A stretch of DNA of 64,000 nucleotides from Octopus vulgaris (lineage: Eukaryota): contig OX597818.1 in assembly GCA_951406725.2 (NCBI GenBank), positions 103,106,001 to 103,170,000 of the forward strand. The letters are read 5' to 3'. Each line of letters opens with the position of its first letter. Positions within the stretch are counted from its first letter, which is position 1. The position numbers and the translations under genes are program-made. Below, one piece after another: positions 41,297 to 54,234 of the stretch. The notes beneath the pieces were generated by a model. That model had not been told where the DNA came from, did not search any database, and was given only the letters and a program-made list of their open reading frames with translations.

Positions 41297-41974
41297 CACA
41301 CACACAAATGCACACAATCAAATATCTTATTAAATCGTACAAAATTTGAAGGCAACGTATATGAAAGTTTGTCTGAGAGAGGGAAATAATAAATATCGCT
41401 CGATTAAGATAGATAATCAAACCGATAGAGACTCTATAAATATAACGACAATACAAAAAAAAATAATACAAGAACTAAAGAAGAAAAATGAACACGAAGA
41501 TTGCTTATTTCTTAGAAAATATCCAATTTGAAAGTTTTTATTTTTCTTTATCCATGAGATAAGATTTTGGAATAAATATGGAAAAGAAACAAAACCATAG
41601 ATTTCTGTGAAGTAAGATAGCAATAATTACCGTCGTTTTTGTTCGTTTTCATTTGTTGAATAAGAGTACATATTTGTTTTGGAAAACATTCCCCCGCTGC
41701 TTTCCTTTCTGTTAAATATTCTTCTTAATAAAGGAAGTATATAAATTGCAATCGAAATTAATTAACTTTTCTTACATTAATAGGTTTTGGTAATAAATAT
41801 CAAATTCGGCTTATTAACTGGGAACTGAAGCACGCGTAATTTTCTTTGGGAACTTAAACTTACCGGCGGCACACGCTCATACGCATGATAACAACACATG
41901 CACGCGCACAGAATGACACTTGCATACATATGCACATGTGTGCGTAATATAGGGGTGTATAAACATATATAAAC

Positions 41975-42045
<71 letters not shown>

Positions 42046-43054
42046 AATAGATAGATATATAAATCGATATATTCATCATCATCTATATATGCACGTTTAT
42101 ATATTTGTGTGCGTTTGCGAGAGTACACACGCGCGCACACACATATATATATATATATGCATACATACATATATGTGTGTATATATATAAAGATATATAT
42201 ATACATAAATTCATATACTCAAACACGTGCTTATATATATATATGTGTGTGTGTATGTATATATATATATGAAAACATGTAGTTTTATATATACGTGAGT
42301 GTGTGCGAGAGCATGTATGTATATAGATATATACATACGCACGTATATGTGTTTGTGTGCATATGTGTGTATGGTAGCATAAATACAGAGATATATATGC
42401 GTTTGCGCATATAATTAAACATAGACGGGCACATACACATACTCATGTACACTCACACGTACACACACACACACACACACACATACACAAACACACACAC
42501 ACATACACAGTTTTCAGATATAATTGCTGCTGACGTTATAAATATATCTTTAAAGATAAACGAATTTACAATCCAATAAATAAGAAATAAATAAAGCCAA
42601 GATTTTCCTCTTTAAAATGAGAAAATTCGATGCCGTTTTATTATTAGATATATATCTACACATACACACACATTGTGTATACATACATATATACACACAA
42701 ACACATATATGCATACATGTATACATATACATATGCATGTATGTATATGTGTATATATACATGTATACATATACATATGTATGTATATGTATATATAAAC
42801 ATACACATGCATATACGTACGATCATACGTATGGAACGTGTGAGATGCTGAAGTGTAGGTGAACGTACTACGATAATTATATGCGAATGTTTACTAGTAA
42901 GTAGTATTATATCTCTCTTATTTCAAGTAACCATTGATATAAACCATTCTCATATAATCATATGTATGTGAATACATGGATATATCTGTGTATGTGTGTG
43001 TGTGTGTGTGTATATGTATGTGTGGGTATATATGTCTATCTATCTATTTATGTC

Positions 43055-43270
43055 TGACCACCTCTGGCCGGCCTCCGCCTCGATTGACCGCTAGCTACTA
43101 AAGCTTTCATTCTTTATTCTCGCTCTGTTTAGTTTCTCGGGTTACTTTCTGTTGAAGAGCGTAGGCTCGAAACGTAAAAGATGTTCTCACATTCCTGAGC
43201 GTTAAACTAATACACCTCTTCGTTGTTTACACACCTGTCTTCGTTTTTCTTTTTTTGTAAATCCTAACTA
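43055..43270 (+). mobile_element. Repeat family H2 with hammerhead-like motif at 43145-43180
   Basis: cttt-CTGTTGA-a-gagc-gtag-gctc-GAAA-CG-TA-aaag; 3' end runs into (TA)n. Confidence 0.7.
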
Positions 43271-43931
43271 TATATATATATATGATTTAAAATAGATAGT
43301 TTCGGCTCAATGCGTGCCTATAACTGAAACCCGTCTAATTCAGGCTTGTTAGGTTATGGAACTGCATAATCTAAGCATTTAAAGATACGAGTTCCTGTTG
43401 GTGACCAGCGGAACACTACGTCGCATGGAGTCGAATAAAACAGTTTGAATATTAGATGTAACTCTCCTGCTTAAATGTGCTGAGTGCTATTTTCTTTCGC
43501 TTATTCACTCACTCGTGTCTCTTCCGTTCTTGTATTTTCTTTACTTGCTTCAGTAACGCCGAGGCACCCATGGTCAAGGCTTTCGGTCGAACAAGCGGAT
43601 ATCGAGGTTTTATTTTTTAGAACCTACTTCTTATTCTATTGGTATATTTTGCCGAATCACTAAGCTACGGGGACGTAACCACACAAACACCGGTTACCAA
43701 GCGTCTGTCTACAAAATCCCACTCATATGGGTCAGGTTGTCTAGAGAAGAGGGTTTAGTAGGAGACCGTTGTCAAACGTTTTACATGGTGAAACGTAACC
43801 CAAGACCTCGTCATTAGGAAATTAAGTTATTACAAGGCCTACACTATGTATATAAGTATATACATATATATTTATAGATATATATGCAGATATTTCACAG
43901 CATATGCATTCCTACATATATATTTTTTAAT

Positions 43932-44220
43932 GTGCCCTTTTTAAGTCTAGCCAGATTCATGGGCCCGGTTTCCAGGTTTCTAGACCGTACGTATCCCCCC
44001 CCCCCGGCTGTAGGGGACGCCAGACCATTACAGAGTTACTCAAGAAACAGGAACAGAGAGTGAGAGAAAGAGTACAACAAGGGTCACCCCACCCCTACCG
44101 AGACCTCATGGAACTCTAGGTGTTTTCGCTCGATAAACACATAACGCCCGGTCTAGGAATCGAAACCGCGGTCCTCCGACCGCGAGTCCTCAGCCCTAAC
44201 CACTGGGCCATTGCGCCTCC
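43932..44220 (-). mobile_element. SINE head C plus tail 2
   Basis: Head as in the 15946 copy; tail gagtaactctgtaatggtctggcgtccc..gaaaccgggcccatga..aaaaagggcac shared with the 62647 copy. Confidence 0.8.
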
Positions 44221-44262
44221 TCGTCCACATACACACATATGTATGTATGATGTATATATATA

Positions 44263-44304
<42 letters not shown>

Positions 44305-44446
44305 GCATACATACACACATATATTTATGCATATATACATACTTATACACACACATACACACCCATATATATATATATAATTGCAGCTGTTATTTTGCAC
44401 CCTTATTCATGTATTTTACGTTTTTGGGTTTTTAATTGTTATATTA

Positions 44447-44766
44447 ATCTCGTTCAGAGATTTATTATTGCTTGCAGACAGTTTTTCGAAATCAGTGACG
44501 GCAGTTACTAGAAAAACACTAAAGTATTTGCATACAGGCTTACCCTTTCATCGTAAACCGGTGATTACCGCCTGTTGACAAGAGGCAACAACCTCGACAC
44601 TGCGGTCCGTGCGTATCACTTAGGCTTACGAGAGAGGGATGGCCTCCCTTTGCAAATACCATAAGAGCACAGATAGTATGCCTAAAGCCAGCTGGAGACG
44701 ATGATCACCTGGGGCTAAAAGCTACAGTAACACCCACCCTTTGTGGTTAGCCATATTGAGATGGCT
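44447..44766 (+). mobile_element. Diverged monomer of the 355-bp hammerhead-bearing family
   Basis: Colinear with the reverse complement of about 50998-51313; decayed motif TTGACAA-gagg..cctc-GACA-CTGCGG-TC-cgtgc at about 44575-44612. Confidence 0.8.
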
Positions 44767-44857
44767 ATTATACTTTAAATTGTTATAGTGTATTTGATAT
44801 ATCATAATATATTTATTTATTGCTATAATATCTCAGATATTGTCTATCTATCTATCC

Positions 44858-44919
<62 letters not shown>

Positions 44920-44922
44920 ATG

Positions 44923-45028
<106 letters not shown>

Positions 45029-45045
45029 CATCTATCTATCTATCC

Positions 45046-45076
<31 letters not shown>

Positions 45077-47082
45077 GGTAGTTCGCGTAAATGGACATCT
45101 ATCGAGACCTTTCGACATCGCACGTTCGGTTCGACAGGGATGCCCCCTCTCGTCGCTTCTATACGTATTGACTCTCGAGCCACTATTGCGGAAGCTGGCA
45201 ACTCTGAGGGGCATCCCGCGAGAACTGGGATGCGGGACGAGCGTGTCTGCATACGCGGACGACGTCACCGTCATAGTGTCTAGCCACGAGCACATCGAGC
45301 AGGTCGGCGAGACACTGAAAAACTACGAAGCAGTGACAGGAGCAAAAATCAACCGGGAAAAGTCAGTGGGCTTGCGACTAGGCACCTGGAGAAGCAAGCC
45401 CATGCCGTCCACTAGCGCCTCCGTTGTGGGACGCTGGACCGACGGTCCGGTCGAGTTGATCAGGGTCTGGTTCGGTCCGGACCTCCAAGTGGAGAAGAAC
45501 TGGAACGAGATAACGAGTAGGGTGGTCACTCTCGCCCAGCAATGGGCCGAGAGGAAACTGTCCCTAAACGGTCGGGTGGAGGTGGCGAACACGTACATCG
45601 CGTCCGTCATCTAATACCGCCTGACCGTCGTGCCTTGTCCCGACCCTACCATCACCAAACTAGAACGCATTCTCTTTTGCTTCTTGTGGAAAGGATGCAT
45701 CCCGATGGTCAGGCGATCCATTTGCTGTCAACGGCCGTTAAAAGGAGGACTGGGCATGCCGTGGTTGATGATGCGCAGACACGCGCTGAAACTGCGACAT
45801 CTCGGGCTCGTAGACGACGGTGAACAGGTGTGGTCGCCGTTTGTGAGGCACGCTTTCCCGCAGCTCGTCTCCATGAACGAACTGCAATCGTGGATCAAAA
45901 AGAGGCCGAGGAAGGGCGAATGGCACCGCGAGTGTCGCGTTGCTCTCAAGCAACTCTGCCGTCCTGGGTCAACCTTGAGTGACTCCATCACAACCAAAGC
46001 ATTCTATAGGGAATTAGTGGAGGGGAGGTACGACGACGATCTTGGGGCGAAACTGGATGTCAACGAGGAATACCTGACCCGCCTGTTCGGGACGACTTTC
46101 GGGCCAGGGCCCATGGACAACATCCAGAGATCCCTGGCCTGGCAGTTCTACCGAGAAGTGCTACCCGTTCGGGATAAGCTCTACAGACACGGCTCGAGAA
46201 ACACGGGGCCGACCTGCCCGAGATGCGGTCAGAGCGACGAAACCGTTCTGCACGCACTCGTACAGTGTCCAACAATTTCCGACCTGTGGGCTTATGTCGA
46301 ACAACTACTGTCACGTGTGGACGAGTCGGTTTATCAGCTGAGTCTATCGTCAATATTGTCACGCCTCCTTCCTTCAAACGGGAAGGAAGAGCTATTTTCA
46401 TCATCCTTGTGGCTATGGCGAAAGAATGTATCTGGTGGACGCGTCTGAAAGGATTGGAGACAAACACTTTCCTCTCTGGTCAACCTCTCATCAACTTCTT
46501 CAAATACCACTTGAAAAGGAAAGTGAGAGTAGAGAGGCAAGTTTTGTCTAGCGAACGTTTTAAGAAAAGATGGGTGAATGTAGCAAGGATGGCACGTATG
46601 AATGACGAAGCCACCTTGAGCATAATCCTATGAACCCAGAAATTGAAAACAGAGGGTTACACACTTGCAAACAAATGTGGTAACATATAACAATATTGAC
46701 GAAGGTTACCGTGGTCTTTTTCCTAGGCTTTTCTTCCCACGGATAAACCTTACTTGCTTTCCCCTTTACACCATACACATTGACACTGTGATACACGATC
46801 CCTATTGATAATTCCCCCCCCCCTTTTTTCCTCTTTTCTCTTCTTTTTTCATTTTTCTTTTCTTTTTAAACCCTTTTTCTTTTTTTTCTTTTCCTTTTTT
46901 TCCTTTTTTCTTTTTTCTTTTCCTTTTTTCTTCTTTTCTTTTTTTTAGTTCTTTTTTCCATTTTACGATCCCTTTTGATCGAAAACCTACGCCACCTTTT
47001 TTTTTCTCCCCCAAAAGAAAAGCTCTACCTTGTAACTTGTCCCATCTGTGTGTAGCCCTGTGTGGCCAATAAAGAAACTTAA
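45077..47082 (+). mobile_element. 5'-truncated Tx1/L1-clade LINE inserted in (TATC)n
   Basis: RT motifs SVRQGCPLS and AYADD, KINREKS, GGLGMP, zinc knuckle CPRC..ETVLHALVQC; pyrimidine-rich 3' UTR and AATAAA; GC-rich against flanks; TATC arrays at 44842-45076 and 47083-47450. Confidence 0.92.
45078..46633 (+). pseudogene. Disrupted Tx1-like ORF2 (RT C-terminal half plus zinc knuckle)
   Basis: In-frame TAA at 45612-45614 and a frameshift near 46320 split it into track ORFs 45168-45614, 45630-46448 and 46223-46633. Confidence 0.88.
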
Positions 47083-47119
<37 letters not shown>

Positions 47120-47306
47120 CAACTATCTATCTATCCATCCATCTATCTATCTCTCTATCCATCTCTCTATCTATCTATCTATCTATCTATCTAGCTATCT
47201 ATCAATCTATCTATCTATCTATATATCTATCTATCTATCTATCTATCTATCCACCTATCTATCTATCCACCTATCTATCTATCCATCTATCCATCCCTCC
47301 ATCCAC

Positions 47307-47375
<69 letters not shown>

Positions 47376-47416
47376 CTTCCATCTATCTATGTATCTATCT
47401 ATCTATCTGTCCTTCC

Positions 47417-47528
<112 letters not shown>

Positions 47529-47584
47529 TTTGTTATCTCACTCAAATCATTGAAACAAGGATACCATTTAAGCTTTTAAATGTG

Positions 47585-47785
47585 CATTGTGTGTACCGTT
47601 GGCGATTTTTTTCCCTCTGTCTTCCGTTCTCTGGATCTTTCCTTCTCCTATGTTTCCGACGAAGAGGTCCGCTCGAAACGTTAAACCCTCCTTCTTTCCT
47701 TCATTCCTGAGCATCCAATAATACTATATTTGTTCAACGTCCTCGCGTTGTTGTTTTTTTGTGCTTTTTTGTTTGGATTAACTTT
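47585..47785 (+). mobile_element. Repeat family H1 with hammerhead-like motif at 47652-47686
   Basis: Homologous to 7705-7900 and 61445-61655. Confidence 0.75.
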
Positions 47786-48033
47786 TTATATATATATATA
47801 TATATAATTAATCAATATAGGGTGGCAAAAAAAAATTTTGTAGAATTCTTTTGCCACCAGCGGCCTAGTGGGAAAAAATTAAATAGTCATAAACCATTTT
47901 TAAGTTCAACATCACAATCAAGGAACGGCCATAATAGGCCATTCACCCACTAGAAATAACAGCCAAAAGCTTTAACCGCAAAATAACATCAATTCCGTAA
48001 ACCAGGAGAAAATTAAAAAACATTTACCCTGTA

Positions 48034-48140
48034 ATTTCTTAGACGATGCACCGTTTCATCTACTGTTTAATGGTAAACTAACCTGATTAAATTAAATCAA
48101 GCCAATCTACCATAGGCCCTTAGATTCATCAGTAAGAAAT
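48034..48140 (-). ncRNA. Type I hammerhead ribozyme, canonical core
   Basis: Reverse complement of 48810-48916. Confidence 0.9.
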
Positions 48141-48809
48141 AGCCAAGTCGGAACAGATATTTTTCACGAGGCATTCTCGTTGCTACCTCGGCAATATCTG
48201 ACCTAAAATTTTCAAATCGTCGCACTCGCGCCAAATTTATCGGCAGCAAATAAATATAAGCCGCCGATTCCATTACGTAATTAACCAGAAAATTCATAAT
48301 TAATCAATATAGGGTGGCAAAAAAAAATTTTGTAGAATTCTTTTGCCACCAGCGGCCTAGTGGGAAAAAATTAAATAGTCATAAACCATTTTTAAGTTCA
48401 ACATCACAATCAAGGAACGGCCATAATAGGCCATTCACCCACTAGAAATAACAGCCAAAAGCTTTAACCGCAAAATAACATCAATTCCGTAAACCAGGAG
48501 AAAATTAAAAAACATTTACCCTGATTGTGATTTACCTTGATTGTGATGTTGAACTTAAAAATGGTTTATGACTATTTAATTTTTTCCCACTAGGCCGCTG
48601 GTGGCAAAAGAATTCTACAAAATTTTTTTTTGCCACCCTATATTGATTAATTATGAATTTTCTGGTTAATTCCGTAATGGAATCGGCGGCTTATATTTAT
48701 TTGCTGCCGATAAATTTGGCGCGAGTGCGACGATTTGAAAATTTTAGGTCAGATATTGCCGAGGTAGCAACGAGAATGCCTCGTGAAAAATATCTGTTCC
48801 GACTTGGCT

Positions 48810-48916
48810 ATTTCTTACTGATGAATCTAAGGGCCTATGGTAGATTGGCTTGATTTAATTTAATCAGGTTAGTTTACCATTAAACAGTAGATGAAACGGT
48901 GCATCGTCTAAGAAAT
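48810..48916 (+). ncRNA. Type I hammerhead ribozyme, canonical core; predicted cleavage after GUC at 48908
   Basis: Stem I atttctta/taagaaat (8 bp); CTGATGA 48818-48824; stem II atcta/tagat, 7x7 internal loop, then about 19-bp extension; GAAA 48893-48896; stem III A-cggtgcatcg-T; C17. Confidence 0.92.
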
Positions 48917-49034
48917 TACAGGGTAAATGTTTTTTAATTTTCTCCTGGTTTACGGAATTGATGTTATTTTGCGGTTAAAGCTTTTGGCTGTTATTTCTAG
49001 TGGGTGAATGGCCTATTATGGCCGTTCCTTGATT

Positions 49035-49072
<38 letters not shown>

Positions 49073-49437
49073 CATACATAAATATATGCATATAAGTATA
49101 CATAAATTAATATCTGTATGCTGACACATTTCTGCACATATCTCTGCTTGCGCATATGCATTTATCACGTTATTTCAGGATACAGATATTCTCAGACCGT
49201 CACAAGCAATATCCGGGAAATTCAATTGTGGATTAAGTGATCTATTGGCTATAATCGATGTTGGTTTTCAGGCTTCCAATCAAATCGGTCCAGTGAAACG
49301 TAGTGATCTCCATCAGACCTCAGATGTTGGTCTTCTTACCCTATGAAGATGTTGCTCCCAAGATATGCTTTGTTCCTGTGAATTCCTTTGAATACATTTT
49401 TGTGGGATAACAGATTATAAAACGTTCTTAGAATATA

Positions 49438-50009
49438 TTGGGTTGTCCGGAAAGTTCGTGGCAATTTTTAAACGAAGGAAAAAGTTCAATAAATACTTAC
49501 CATTACATTTTTAATCAACCAAACATGAACCATTCTGTTGCACAATGCGTCTCCATCTTTCCTTTAACTTGAAAATACCTTCTTCATAGAATTGAGGTGG
49601 TTTCATGGCAAAGAATTCATCAAGGTATCTTTTTAAGTCATCTAAGCAATTGAAATTTTTACCATTAAGTCTATTATGCAGAGACCTGAATAAGGGGAAA
49701 TCCGAAGGGGCAATATCTGGTGAATATGGATGGTGAGGGTGGGGTAACACATCCCAGCCGAGCTGCAGCAATTTTTGTCTGGTTCCCAAAGCATCAATTG
49801 CCGAAAGAGAACTTTCTTATCTTCCATTTTAAAGGGTTACAGAATTAACACAGGTTATAGGAACATAAACCTTCTTCCACGAAAAGATAGCTTAAACTGT
49901 GCTCTAAATAGAGGTGTTGTCAAATCCTATTTTATGGATACAACCATGTTCTAAAATTAGTCGAAAGTTAAGCTACTATAAACCGGCATGAACTTTCCGG
50001 ACAACCCAA
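49438..50009 (-). mobile_element. Non-autonomous mariner, second copy
   Basis: TA-ttgggttgtccggaaagttc ... gaactttccggacaacccaa-TA; HPYSPDIAPSDF motif; same internal deletion as the 11478 copy. Confidence 0.92.
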
Positions 50010-50266
50010 TAAAATACACTAGGTGGGAAGGATTGTAAGTAAATTACTTACGTAGGATCGATGCAAATTAAGTTTCTTGTTGTGATGTAAGATATTATCT
50101 GGAGAACTACTAACCTAAAGGCTATATATAATGAAAATTTCGTTACACTCATTCACACGTATATATATATATATATACATGCATATACACCAATTTGTTT
50201 ATATATATATACAGGCATATATATTCTCATATATGGATATGTATGTATGCTACATATATATACTTG

Positions 50267-50343
<77 letters not shown>

Positions 50344-50891
50344 ATGTAGATAGATAGTGCTGTGCAATGGGTTATAAATTTTCGACATATGTGCAGTGTG
50401 CCACGATTGTCGGATATATTAAACTGGATTAATTGCTGTTTCCTGTTCAATGTCAGGTGAGTCGTTTTGTAATTAGTTTGCTCATAGATATTGATTGCAA
50501 TCTGCTATCTTCCCAAATAAACTATCTTAATTAGCTCAATCTATAATTATACCCTCTAACTGATAGACACAATTCAAGGAATAGCTGCTGTTTCCATATT
50601 TTCCCTTTCTATCCTTATTCTCCGCGGTAATTTTATCAGAAAGCCCATATATGGATGAAACTGCGCGTTCTTCCATTCCCCTACATCCTTCTTGCATCTA
50701 TGTATATTCACATACAAGATTCAAAACATCAATATATATAATATATATAAGTAGCTTATGGAATTCACGATGCACAAGAACCAAAAGTGTCAAACTCAAC
50801 GTTCATGTATTTACCAAGCAACACCTAAGGCTCCAGATAATTTATGATATCATTTCATATTTTCATTTCCAAACACCTGATCGTGGATTAA

Positions 50892-50938
<47 letters not shown>

Positions 50939-50939
<1 letters not shown>

Positions 50940-51497
50940 ATAATAAATCTCTGAACGAGGTATAAACAGTAACTGCACGACAATGTGAGATATACTTGCC
51001 ATCTCAATATGGCTAGCCACTAAGGGTGGGTGTTACTATAGCTTGTAGCCCCAGGAGAACATTGTCTCCAGCTGGCTTTAGGCACACTTTCTGTGCCGTT
51101 ATGGTATTTGCAAAGGGAGGTCACCCTTCCCTCGTCAACCTGAGTGATACGCACGGACTGCAGTTTCTAGGTTTTGACCTGTCATCAGCGTACGACAATC
51201 ACCGGTTTTCGATGAAGGGAGGTCCCAATGCAAATTCTGATATTGTTTTTCCAGTAACCTTTCGTCACTGATTTCGAAAAACTGTCTGCAAGCAATAATA
51301 AATCTCTGAACGCGGTATAAACAGTAACTGCACGACAATGTGAGGTATACTTGCCATCTCAATATGGCTAACCACTAAGGGTGAGTGAGGGAATGGTGAC
51401 CTCCCTTTGCAAATACCATAAGGGCACAGAAAGTGTGCCTAAAGCCAGCTGGAGATGATGTTCTCCTGGGGCTACAAGCTACAGTAACGCCCACCCT
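50939..51497. mobile_element. Second hammerhead-containing element: about 355-bp unit, 1.26 copies plus an inverted fragment
   Basis: 50939 repeats at 51294 (to about 51386); 51387-51497 is the reverse complement of about 51025-51134; left end abuts (TA)n. Confidence 0.85.
51151..51193 (-). ncRNA. Minimal type I hammerhead ribozyme
   Basis: Minus strand gtacg-CTGATGA-c-aggt-caaa-acct-a-GAAA-CTGCAG-TC-cgtgc; 5-bp stem I, palindromic loop III, GUC site. Confidence 0.8.
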
Positions 51498-52666
51498 GAA
51501 TTAAAATCTTCCACCAAACCTTAGTCACAATTTTTGTTCCTAACATTAATTTAATGAAAACTAAATTATTTTACTAAATTCTTTTTTTATATTTAAAATT
51601 AATTGGAAGAAATCCAGAGTATTTCAACATATATGTGGTAACAGAAGGGTTAAACAAGTCCTTCAGGTATTTAAGTTACAACTTGCCAGTTATCTGTCAC
51701 TGGTTTCTCACTGATACCTTCATGAGTGTATTTCAATAACTTTTACGTCTCGTTTGATACTAATATGAATAGCTCATTCTATGTAACAGAAACAGGATTC
51801 TTGGGTTGATCTTTCCACGCTTCTCTTCTCGCGCATATTTTCATTATTAATATAAACTGGTGTACTAATTTTTGCTTCCTTCTAAATAATTTCACACACC
51901 TGGAAACGGTGAAGCAGCAGGAAGGTAGCAGAAGTAAGAAACTGCATGGAGAATTGAACAGAAGGTTCTCAGAAAAGAAACACCCAAGTTCACGTACTTA
52001 AATCGTTGCCCTCTAAGAGAGCTGGGCTGCATTCAGGTCTCGATTCCTGATTACGCCTTTTGCTACTACATTCTGTACTACTATCTGCATTGCAAACATC
52101 CTGAGGTCTTAAAGTGTCCCAAATACAAGTTACCTTGAGTGGTGTAACCAGTCTAATCTAGAATACCATTTGACCGTAGGGTAAAATTGCCTTCCAGACT
52201 TCATTTCCATTCTTCTTTAAAGAGATTCTCTTTGAACACTTTTCAGCTGCTTTCGCCATTGATTAAAAACCTTCTGGTTCTTTTTCTTAGAGTTACATCG
52301 AGATCATTACCGTGCAATTTTCTGTTACATTCTATGTTTCCAAGAGACGTTAGCTCTGCCTTGTAAACAATGAGAATCCATGAAAAGTACATGAAAATAT
52401 ACGACATACTTATAATGTTTCTACCAACGTTTCAATAACAACGGATATTGACATTTTATTGAAGTGTCCGAGAAGCTTTACATTTGTGTGTCCAATTTTA
52501 GGATATTGGATAATTTAGATAATTAAGAGAAAGAAATCTTACAAGAACTTGCAGTAGTTTTTTTCAATAACTGATTCTACTTATCAATATTACTCTTTAT
52601 TTGTCTACGTAATTTCAGAACTCATCTTGCTCCCCGTGTATGTATGTATGTATGTATGTATGTATG

Positions 52667-52698
<32 letters not shown>

Positions 52699-53030
52699 GG
52701 CGCATGGCTCAGTGGTTAGAGCGTCGAGCTTACGATCGTGAGGTTGTGAGCGCGAATCCCGGACAGGGCTGCGTGTTGTGTTCTTGAGCAAGAAACTTTA
52801 TTTCACGTTGCTCTAGTTCACTCAGCTGTAGAAATGAGTTGCGACGTCACAGGTGCCAAACAGTATCGGCCCTTGCCATTCCCTTGGATAAGACTGGTGG
52901 CATGGAGAGGCGAGGCCGGTATGCATGGGTGACTGCTGGTCTTCCATAAACAACCTTGCCCGGACTTGTGCTCTGGAGGATAACTTTCTAGGTACAATCT
53001 CATGGTCAGTGTCGTGGTCGAAGGGAGTCT
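52699..53030 (+). mobile_element. Full tRNA-derived SINE, head D plus tail 3, within (TATG)n
   Basis: ggcgcatggctcagtggttagagcg (A box), gcgcgaatccc (decayed B box); (TATG)n on both sides. Confidence 0.88.
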
Positions 53031-53037
53031 CAGACTC

Positions 53038-53068
<31 letters not shown>

Positions 53069-53150
53069 TGTATGTATGTATGTATGTACGTATGTTTGTA
53101 TGTATGTATGTATGTATGTATGTATGTATGTATGTATGTATGTATGTATG

Positions 53151-53183
<33 letters not shown>

Positions 53184-53204
53184 GTACATATACAAACATA
53201 TGTG

Positions 53205-53610
53205 TACATATACATCTGGAATATCCTAGGAGGATTTGTATCAAACTCTGGCATTGAAATTTTACACAAACAGCAGAACGGGCGTTAACACGTAATGCCA
53301 AATACCATAACATCGGCATCAAGATGCAGGACAAAATACTGCATCAGCTTGGGTTTCAAGGGCCTAGAGCAGTTCAATATCCTTCCAAAATCCCTGAATG
53401 ATCTGCATGGTGTGGATGTAATTATGTTCGAAACAAAACTGGATCTTCTGTCAAAGATTCCGAATGAGCTTTAAGGGTAGCAAATACGAACCCACTCAGT
53501 CAGCAAATGCCAGATACCAGAGGATGTTTCATGTAACAAAGGTGTAATAGTAAGGCGAACAACAGCGCCCCAGAATAGTATCAGCTCCTGAGCAGAAATT
53601 AGTTAAAGAG
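53205..53610 (+). pseudogene. Decayed 3' end of another CR1-like LINE family
   Basis: Fragments YIWNIL.G..SN, SLGFKG..QFNILPKSL.DLHGVDV..F.TKLDLL; terminal gcgccccag..agctc..gagc.gaaa resembles the tail at 15521-15557 (minus). Confidence 0.6.
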
Positions 53611-54234
53611 TTATATTATATGATGCTTCGCTTCCAGAGATTTATACGCGCTTCATTATAAGGACTCCGAGGAAGATAATTGTTATTGCTCAAGCACTCA
53701 CTTCTGAATGCAATATTTCTTATAGCGGAAACAGCGGTAAGCTAACGAAGAGGAATATCTATTATTTTGTCACCCACTTTGTGCATTATAATTTTGTACC
53801 ATCTTCTCTTCATTCATTGAACAATTTTCAGTTTCTTTGCTGCCAATTATCAGACAGTAACTATCTTGACGGAGTCTGTTTGTTTGGCTCTAAAAGTGTT
53901 TGCCTTTCTAATTGATTAAGTTCCCAAAATCATGAAATAGTTTTTATTTTGCTTCATATTTTCAATTCTACTCCTCTTATTCACTTAGGATATATCTACA
54001 CACACACGTACAAACACACACACTTACACAAACACACACAAGAACACACAGACACATACATACATATATACATATATACATACATTTATCTGAGGTACTA
54101 AACTTTTAAAAGGTTTTATTCCAGTGTTCTATATTCCTTTAGTTAGTTTGCTTAGAGATAATTACGTGTTTTGCTTACCGTCAATGCGATAGTTGGTATC
54201 ACTCTTATTTTTCAATATATAAAGATTTATACTG

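Larger units (their letters stand above)
47804..49039. mobile_element. Young hammerhead-containing non-coding element (retrozyme/pLTR-like): 492-bp unit, about 1.46 copies minus and 1.03 copies plus, head-to-head
   Basis: Sequence from 47804 repeats at 48296 (to 48523); 48534-49039 is the inverted, permuted unit bounded by ccttgattgtgat; flanked by (AT)n; one substitution noticed between copies. Confidence 0.9.

Noticed and set aside
41850-41950. Minus-strand splice donor G|GTAAGT near 41857-41863 suggesting a host exon
   Set aside because: No acceptor, ORF or partner exon can be supported; such matches occur by chance in 64 kb.
48653-48853. 66-aa ORF in the 492-bp unit (also 48097-48297)
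   Set aside because: No recognisable domain, overlaps the ribozyme, duplicated only because the unit is; not testable from two near-identical copies.
47804-49039. DNA transposon with long TIRs, or CRISPR-like array
   Set aside because: Arms end at different positions of the unit, so there are no matched termini or target duplication; no repeat-spacer structure; eukaryotic context.
51930-52330. Possible minus-strand CR1-like RT fossil
   Set aside because: Too degraded to identify motifs by eye.
52699-52772. tRNA genes at SINE heads
   Set aside because: A/B boxes present but no complete cloverleaf; they continue into shared SINE bodies.
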